Source: Podarcis pityusensis (lineage: Eukaryota). From it: a DNA stretch of 64,000 nt. A program made the translations under genes and the position numbers. The notes below the pieces were generated by a model that saw only the letters and a program-made list of their open reading frames with translations, was not told the DNA's origin and did no database searches. The stretch lies in the NCBI GenBank assembly GCA_964106645.2, contig OZ067039.1; one strand, 5' to 3'. Below, piece by piece: positions 25,501 through 35,300 of this stretch (its first letter is position 1; each line of letters opens with the position of its first letter).

Positions 25501-28500
25501 AGCACCCCCAGGGTCCCCAATGGGGTCGTGGCATGGCTTTGGACAGGATCCACACACCCAGGTCCCTTTAACAGGATACCCTTAACGTGGAGGGGCAGGC
25601 GGAGGCAACAACCTCCCCTCCCATAAACAAGGCTTACCCAATGCCTAACCGCCACTCGAGCCCTAAAGGCTCACCGCCAACTTAAATGTCTAGTGGCCAT
25701 GCCCCCGGCCAACCTGATTGGCCAGCCGGGGGGCGTGATGCGGCCGGGAGTCCCTATGACTTGGGCGGCATCCCTCTACCCACAGCTGGGTTACTTGGAG
25801 GTCCTGGATGCACTCCTGCAACACTGTCCCCCCCGGGAAGGGGAGCGGACTTCCAGCATGCAGTGTGATCTTCATAAATGTGGGAGATGAAAGAGGTTTG
25901 GAAATATAGGCATAAACTATTCGACTAGATCTAACGGGTAGACTGATCTTTGTTGTCCCTGAAAGCCCAAATATGTACAATAACTTCTTTATGCTACATG
26001 CTGTTTTTTCAAAGTTCTCTTTGCCCAACAGGCAAGCCTGGGTGGCTGTGTTAGGATGATTGTAACAGGAGCTGCTCCTGCTTCTCCCACTGTTCTGGGC
26101 TTCCTTCGAGCAGCCCTGGGATGTCAGGTATGTTGCACCTGTACATTTATCCAGTTGCACTTTTTATTTCCTAGCTAGAAGTTCTGCTACCATTAGGGGA
26201 AAGCTAGATTGTTAAAAATGAGCTGTGGTATTAACTAATAACACTGTGGGAACTAAACACATCCATAATGGAAATAGGGAGAGTTAAGTATTAGGACCAT
26301 ATAAAGAGCCATGTTTACGTACAGCAAGTCCCTTGCAAAAGTAATAAGCTAATGGTAAAGATCTGGTCAGAACTTGTGTCTAGATTTTAATTTACAGCTC
26401 AGATCAGGTGGGGGAGGTACTATAGACGGATTGGGGCCAGATTTGTCTGCCTTCCAGTTCTGTCTAAGGGGAATCCCCCTCCTTGGATGCCCCTGTGTTT
26501 CCTAGATACCACTGAAGATCTCCCGTTTTAAGAAACAAGTTTGATGCACCCACCCTTCTTAAATGGGTGTTCAAGGTGGCAGGGATGCTGAGTAAGACAA
26601 ACCCAGCTTGCAGTGTCTTTCCTTTTTCTTTAGCAGCAACCACCGACGGGCCTTTTAAGGTGTGGGCAGAGGCCTGTAGCACTAAACTTGACCAATAATT
26701 GGCTCATGCCATTCTCAGCCAGGTACTAGCTTGGAACTAGCTTGCAGTACAAGTTCCAAAGTGCATCCTCTTCAGCTGCTCCCAGAGTTCCTACAAAGGA
26801 GAGATTTCTCCTCCATCTTTAATGTCTTTCTCCATCTCTAAATTCAGCAATCAGAAGCTATTATTGTACACAATTGTAATTTAGATTGTGTTCTTCCGGA
26901 ATCCCAACACTGGAGAGAAAAGTACCATATTTTTTGCCCCATAGGACGCACTTTTTCCCCTCCAAAAATGAAGGGGAAATGTGTGTGCGTCCTGTGGGGC
27001 GAATGCAGGCATTCGCTGAAGCCTGGAGAGCGAGAGGGGTCGGTGCACACCGACCCCTCTCGCTCTCCAGGCTTCGCACCGGGCTCCCGCGGCTTGCGGA
27101 GAGTTGCCTGTTCTGGGGGCTGGGGTCGGGGGAAGCTCGGGCTTCCCCCGCCCCAGCCCCACGCCTGGGGGGGAAATACATTTCCCCCCCCTTTATTTCC
27201 CCCCAAAAAACTAGGTGCGCCTTATGGGATGGTGCATCCTATAGGGCGAAAAATACAGTATATATTACTTATTTATTTATTTTTGGCCTTCAAATAAAAT
27301 GGTGAAATTAGCATCATCTTGTTTAAATGATGCAGGCCTCTGAATACCTGTTCTGCCTCTGAATACCAGTTGCTGAGGATCGCAGGTGGGAGAATTCGGC
27401 TGTCCACTTGTCCTGCTTGAAGGCTTCCAATAGGCATCTGATTGGATGGACCTTTGACTAGATGGACCTTTGGTCTGACCCAGTAAAGTTGTTCTTATTT
27501 TCCTACATACTTTTGACAGGTCTATGAAGGCTATGGTCAAACAGAATGCACAGCTGGCTGTACCTTCACTACTCCAGGGGACTGGACATCAGGTAATAAA
27601 CCAGGCAGGGTACTGAATCATCAATTAATCAATTGCCTTTTTATGCATTGTGAAATAATTCACAGATAAATAATAAAAACAGATAAGAATAATTGTAAAA
27701 ACAATACATAAACCAAATAAAGTTAGCTGTGAAAACAATACAAAATGAACATCAAAGGCAGGGACCTTTTCATCCAGCTGGAAAAGCTTGTTGAAACAAA
27801 TATGTCTACCATTACCCCACCAGAAACTACAGATAGTGGGCACCTTTCATATCCCAACAGAGATAAATATTCCACAAAACAGGAGCAGCTGCACTGAAAA
27901 CTCTGCTTTGAAATACTGTGGCTTCTGATATTTCAGAGATTTTAAGGATAAACTCCTGTAGAATGAAGTGACCTGCTAGGTATATGAGGAATAAGGCAGT
28001 CCCTCAAGAAATTCTGTTTTAGAATGCAAGTTTAATTAGCTTATTTAAGCTTGAAAACAATTAGGTCAGAATCCTAAAATGCCATGTATGTGTGTGCAGG
28101 AGGATGACGTGTAATCATGATATACTTTGCAGCTTTGGGCTCAGCATTTTTCACTGCCAAAAAGGCAAGCAGCTTTAAAAACCAATCAGTGGTTTGTCCC
28201 TTTTCTCACTGAAACAACAGCTGTGCTCAGCCTAAACAAATGCTACTTATCAGTATGCGTATATCATTTCTTTAGATCCCAGCTTCTGTGACTTACGATA
28301 ATCTGTGGCCCTGTTTGGATTTTGTTTCCTCCTTTGGATTGTCCTTAGAAAGAGATGAGCTCTGGGTTATATGTGCTCTTTCCCCTCACTCCTAATTACA
28401 ATTATTATTTTTCACTAGACTAGCAATAAAACTGCATCTTCAGCAATGTTCAGATACTTTTATGATAATAATCTGCTGTAGTCATTTTACTTTTGTTTTA

Positions 28501-31500
28501 CTTTAATTTTTTTAAAAAGACGAATGTCTCCTTGGCAAGAAGCCAGTGACTCAATTGCAGAGCAGTCTCCTTCACCAGAGAGCACTGTGAACTGCACTGT
28601 CACTTTCATAAATCTATATCGAGGGATTAGATCCTGCACTGGGCAGATTGTTGGCCTAGATGACCTCTATGGTGCCTTGCAACTTAAAAACTATCATTTC
28701 TCTGTGATTTGCAGGTCATGTTGGAGCACCTTTGCCCTGTAATTTAATCAAGCTGGTGGATGTTGAAGAACTAAATTACTTTTCTTCTAAAGGAGAAGGA
28801 GAGGTAACATGCACTCTTCCTGAACTCTTCGCTGTCTCACTTGTAGTTTAAAAAAGCCAATGAACCATTTTCCAGAGGCAAGATCTGTCACTCCTTTACA
28901 GGAGATAGGAGGGTGCAAAGATACATATATTTCTCAAGGACATGACCAACAAGCTCAGGTGCAGGAGGAGTTTGCTCTGGTGCTCAGAAAGGCAAGCGAG
29001 CAAGTCGGGCATTGGCTCTCATTCTTTCATTTCAGTACTGATGATACAAACTTCATGCAGGGTAGTGGCAAGAATTCCTGGAACTGACAGGAGCTGGGAA
29101 GGGATAAGGTTCATGACATAACTCCTTAGAAGCCTAGTTTAGGATGAGCAGCTAAAGGAAAACAGGCACAATGAAATATACACAGCATCCTTGGAGTGAG
29201 ATGGTGGCAGTGGAGTAGACATTCCTCTTGTCCTGCTGGCCAGGATTAGTATTGTGGTGAGACTGCTTTCTGATTACTGTGAACAGGACTATTATTGTGG
29301 ATTTGCCTTGAAGGAATGCAGGAGCACAGTTTGGTTTTGAACAAAAAAACGGTTCATCATTAAAAGATGGTTTCTTGGTTCTCTCTGGAATAATTTGAAA
29401 GGGGGGGGCAAAGAAGAGTGGCACCTGAAAGTCCAACAAATAAGTTATAGCATAAACTTTCATAGTCTTAGGGCATAAGTTATTGTGGACTATGAAAGCT
29501 TATGCCATGAGGCATTTCTTAAGTCTTCTACAAAACTCTTTCTGCTGCAACAGTCTGATATGGCAACACACATTTCACACCCAGCTGAGGATGGTGTAAG
29601 CAAAATATGTGCATTTGAGAAAGAAACAGAAGAGCAACTGGAGTTTTGGAGACAGAGAAAGCTTGGAGCTGTAAGCTAACAGCAGCTGAGGAGGAAGAAA
29701 GGTGTCTTTCTCTGGCAATCTGGTGTGGGAACAATGGACTGGCTTTGTTGAATGTTAAGCTGTCTGCCTCCACCTATGCTTGACTTGCATATATTTATTT
29801 AATACATAATTTTATTTTGCAAACTGCAGTACAATAAACAACAACAACAAAGCAAAAAGTTGCAGATTTCTCATGCATCATTGTTACAGGATATAATTGA
29901 GGGGGATAAGAATTAAAAAATAATAATTAAAATAACTATCTGATATAGCATCTCCAAAATACAGCCCAGGTAGTTGGATAAATTTGTAAATCAACCCAAA
30001 TATTACAAAACATCCTAAGTTGCGAACAATGCTTCTATCATGCCTGTTGTGCATCTAACAGTATGTTGTGTTGGCTCAGGCTGGTCTTTGCTCAGATAGA
30101 ACAGAAAACCTTCACTCAGGAAGCATTACACATGTTCCAATCTACTCATTGTTAGCACAGAGTCCTCATAGGCAAACAGCTGTGCTTCTAGAACTCACAG
30201 GTCCAGCTTCCTGAAAGTCTCCCACCTTGTATCAGTGGTGCCAACCGTATATTTGTGTGGTTGGCCCTCCCCTCCCCAGAAAAGGGTTGTGTCAGTATTC
30301 AGTGGCATGTGATTATAAAATAAGAGTTCCTTGTGTGGCTCAGTCTAACCCATAGGCTGAGGTTCTTGAAGACTTTTTGCCTATATATTCATCATTTGTG
30401 TGAAGTTATAACAATTGGCCTAAGTCTCTCTTTTCAAAAAAGATGTCTACCTTGCAGTGTACCAGCAGATCTATCTCTTGCAGATTTGTGTGAAAGGTCC
30501 AAACGTTTTCAAGGGCTACCTGAAAGATAGAGAGAAAACCACGGAAGCTTTAGACAAGGATGGATGGCTTCATACTGGGGATGTCGGGAAGTGGTTGCAC
30601 GTATGTACTGAAATGCTAACTTTGCACACTAAGATTACAGGTTTACAAGCCCCTCTGACCAAAGGAATAAGTGAATTAGACATTGATGTGTATGTCAGAT
30701 CATGAGTATAGTGGTGGATAAAAATTACTACAGTGTGATGTGAGTATATGCCAGACCTACATCAGGGTTCAGCTCCAACATTGGTTCCCTTCAGATTCCA
30801 ACCCTCCCCCGGCCTTATTTTATGGGTTTATGGGCTACCTCATAGCAATTGTCACATCTTACTGGTGGATAGGGCATTGGGTTGGATCCTCAGTCTATGT
30901 GGGTGGGGGTGGAGGCCCCTCCCCTGCTCCATGGTCACAGGGTATCCCCTTAATGGGAGCCTGGGGGAGGTACTTCTTGTTCTGATACCTAGCTTGGGAG
31001 CTAATGGGCTATAGCACCCCAAATGGTGATTTGGGGGTTTGCCCAGATATGATACATATTGTGATATGTATCTGTCGCTGTGGGGTGACCCATAACCTTG
31101 ATCAACCCTGCCAATCATCCACCTGCAGTTGGGCTGGTTGAGTTCAGGATACCTACCCAATGCCTACCCCAAAACCTGCTGACACCAATAGTTGTAGCCT
31201 GTTTAAATCCCAACACTGCTGTTCTTTGTGTTGTTGTGATTAATGTTATACCTAACCCCCTCCCCGCCCATGGCTCCACTATGCCTGGGCCTGCCACTTT
31301 CTGTTAGGTTTCATAGATATTTGACCTTAGCTTCTTTGGCCAGTCTGAGAAATTTGAAATCTGTTTGAATTCTGCTGCTCAGAAGGGACCCAGTAGACTG
31401 GAGCTGAGTTGCAGGCAAGGCGATCTCACTTTTCCCTATCTCTACGTGATTACTTGCTGCTGTATAAGCGTGTCCCCACTTGCAGGCTTCCCTTCGGCAT

Positions 31501-32287
31501 CTGATTGGCCCCTATGGGAGATAGGATGCTGGACTGAATTGGCCTAAGGCCTGAACCAGCAGACAGACTCTTCTTACATTCTTATGTTATTTTTTACTCA
31601 CAGAATGGTACACTTAAAATAATTGATCGAAAAAAGCATATATTTAAGCTGGCTCAGGGAGAATACATTGCACCAGAGAAAATTGAGAATATCTACATTC
31701 GCAGCGAGCCTGTTGCCCAGATATATGTGCATGGAGATAGTTTACAGGTAATGCTATCCATTTTCTAAACATTCCTTGAAATTTGGTCATGCCTTTTATA
31801 CCATTTTGTATTGTTTCCTGGGTTGGGGAGGGTTGCATTTAGGAACAGGCAAGGTGTCATATTTATTCCATTTAATAATGTTCAAAATGGATACAAGATG
31901 TTGGTTCTGTTACCTGCTGAGCAGGTAAGTTCAGCAGCTAGATACATAGTTTAATGAGAGGAGCACAGCATTTGCTCACTTATGTCCCAGGCATAAGGCA
32001 TTCTGGGACATGTAGCAAACTTTCTGGCGCAGTGGTCATTGATTGACCTGCATACTCTATAAAGTCTGTATAGATCAATAGGGAAACAACTGCATAAGCA
32101 GAGTCAAGCAACACACCCACATGCAGATTTTGTAACATTTGGGGCCAACCTCCTAATGGAACTGGAAGTGCTGAAGGACTGTGGAGGAGAAGTGGGAGTA
32201 ACCTTACTGAAGAACTATTTACTGTATATGGAAGCCATTTTCAAAAGTTAAGAGATCAGAGCTCTGCTCTGAACCTCCTCTGCTGAG

Positions 32288-32337
<50 letters not shown>

Positions 32338-35300
32338 GCTCTGACTCTTGTGATAAGCAGAAGCTGCTGTATCATTGTTTGAGGAATGGGGGCAAAGGGC
32401 AAAGAACTTGACAAGCACTCTTATTTAGGAAGCACAGATAAGAGAGCACAGCAAAATTCAAGGGATCAAGATGGGTTTGCTGTGTCACAAATACAGTCCC
32501 CAATTTTATCTGTATCGTTGCAGGCTTTCCTGGTGGGGGTTGTTGTACCTGATGCTGAAATCATGCCAGCCTGGGCCAAGAAAAGAGGTTTTGATGGAAC
32601 TTTTGAAGAGCTCTGTAAAAATGTGGTAAATTGCTTATGTACATGTTCCTGTGCATTATTAACATGCAATTCAGTGCCAATTTGGGCTGTGTGTGTGTCT
32701 GTGTGTGTGAACACAGACAAACATAGATTATAATTATAATTGGTAGATCAGAATTTGCCAGTGCACTGAAAGAGCCTTATGGCGAATGATGCAATATGAT
32801 AAGCTGAAAGGCCAACTTCAATGTTACATTAAAAGCAGCCTTCCATATCCTGTTGTCCCCAAGATGTTTTGGACTCCCAACCCCCAGCAGCTCTAGCCAG
32901 CATGGCCAATGGTCAGGGATGATGGGAACTGTAATCCAGAATATCAGGAGAGCACCAAGATGGGAATGGCTGAATTAAAACAGTTCAGCTAATGTGTTTG
33001 GATCTGACTGTGACTTTTTCTTTAGAAAAAAAGCAGCTATAGGGGGCTCTGATCTGGATCAGATCCAAAGCACAGAAGGAGGGAGCTTAACTATGCCCTG
33101 TTTTCCTGCTAATAATAATGCCCCCAAATAACATATTTACTGCTTTGGATAGTTTTCAGGCAAAAAGGGAAAAGGAGTTTTAATCCTGGTCAGGATCCCC
33201 CACAGCTTCTTTTCATAAAGAAAGGCACCACCAAGTCCAAAGCACAGTAGTTAAAACTGCTTTTAACATAATGTGTAATTCCGGCTCTAAGTAGCTAGGT
33301 GATTACTGTGTTAAGAGACTGGGACATCTGTTAGAAAGATTCCATTAGATAAGCAAAGCTCTGTCCTATAACAGGAGCTAGTATAACATCTTGGGTTTTT
33401 TCCACTTTCTTTATCAGTACTGTTCCATTGCTACAAGATGACATCTATTTTTTTGCACAGTGAGATATGCTTTTGTTTCATTTTGTTTTTTGGAGGCTTG
33501 GAATGTCTGAGCCAGCGCCAAATCATGTGATTTCTCTGCTGTTGCCTAGACTAGATAAAGATTGCAGTAATGTTCCAGAAAGAAGACAGCAAAGCTACTA
33601 AAGAGCAGGTTTTATTTCTTCTGTGGGTGTTCCAGCACATTTACCTTTGGTGGAAGCCATAAGCAAAGGACCATAGCTCAGTGGTGGACATATGTGCTAC
33701 CTGCAAAAAGGGGTCAAGATTCTCAACGCTGCCTGGATGTTCCAGGAATTGAAAGACCCCATGTCTGAAACCCTACAGAAATGCTATGAGTCAGTGTAGG
33801 CTATCCTGAACTAGATAGACAAATAGCCCAACTCATTATAAAGCAGTTCCTACGCTCCTATGTATCTGAATAATTAATTAATTCCCCACTCCTGTGTGAC
33901 AAAGCCAGGTGGGCTACTACCACTTGAGTAAGGGGGTGGAAATATGTAGAGCAGCTAGGAGTCAGCAGTAGCAAAAGTAAATCCTGGCAACATTCTTGGG
34001 ATGTTCTAGAAATAAGGTTGTACTCCTATCCCTCCTTACCTGGGAGTAAGTTCCATTGAACTCAGTAGGACTTACTTCTGAGTAGATGCCTACACTATAA
34101 TCCAGGGACTTGGTTATTAGAACACTAAGGAAGTAGACTGTAAGCACTTTCTCTTTAGATTGCCAGCTGATCAAGGCTGGGACCTGGCCTCTGTGAAAAA
34201 TGCAATTCATATTGATGGCATTAGATAAATAACATTGAAAAGGGCATCAGTGTAAGGTGTAGGGATGTTGCAGCTACTGTTTACCATGGAATGGAATCTA
34301 CTGTTTTGGAACCGGCGTTATAAGATACAGTTTCAGTCACTGAACTCCTTCGTACTTTAATTTTAAATGCAAAGAGGAAAGTGAGAGCTCCGAGCTCTAA
34401 GAACAAGTTCCAAGACAACATGCCAGAATAAGAATTTAAGTCTTTGCCCTGCAAACATATGTTCATGCTTGGGAAATTTAAATCAAAGAGGTATTTCAGA
34501 CACTTCTGCATGAAGACTACAGGATCAGAATTCCTTAAGGATGGGCAATGCTTTTCAAGCTGAGAGCCACATAACCTTCTGATCAATCTTGCAAGGGCCA
34601 AAATGGGTGGAGTAACAAATGTAATTTTTACCTTTTGTACAATAAGCTATTTTGTACTAGCACTCAAGCACCCTGCCTCTATCCTCCCCATAACAGAGTT
34701 CAAAGACACGTTCCAGATGGGCGTATTTGGAGTGCAAAGCTTGGCATGTGAAGGGTATGACCTGAGGAGAATTCCAAAGGCCAGACAAAGAGGTCTGGGG
34801 GGCGGGGGGACACAATTCATCCCTCTGCCTGATATTTCCCATCCTTGTCCTACATAGTATAATCACATTTCATCCTCTGCTTCTTTGAAAAGTTAATTGT
34901 CAATAGAGAGCCAAATAAATAATTATTTAAATATTGGAACATGTATTTGAACAGGACTTCCTGGCTGTAAATGTTCTCATATGTTCTTACTTAGGAGCTC
35001 AAAAAAGCAATAATGGAAGATATGGTGCAGTTAGGGAAAGAGAGTGGACTTCATTCATTTGAACAGGTAAATACTAAATACTGATGATAGCTTTTGATTA
35101 CTAGATGCAGATGAGCTGCTTCTTTGTGATTGAATAGCAGGGATTTTAGCATGCATTATGTAAAAGCCCCAATGCCTCGCTTATGCTTTGTGGTTTAGTA
35201 CTCAAATGTGTATTTTTCTATGAAATAAAACTATCCTTGTCTGTTTATGAATGCATGAAAGGTAATGTTAAAGAAGGTCTCTCTATGATAGATAACATGA

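Noticed and set aside
26844-27305. Cluster of 93-139 aa ORFs on both strands
   Set aside because: GC-rich palindromic MITE interior with few stop codons; no transposase motifs.
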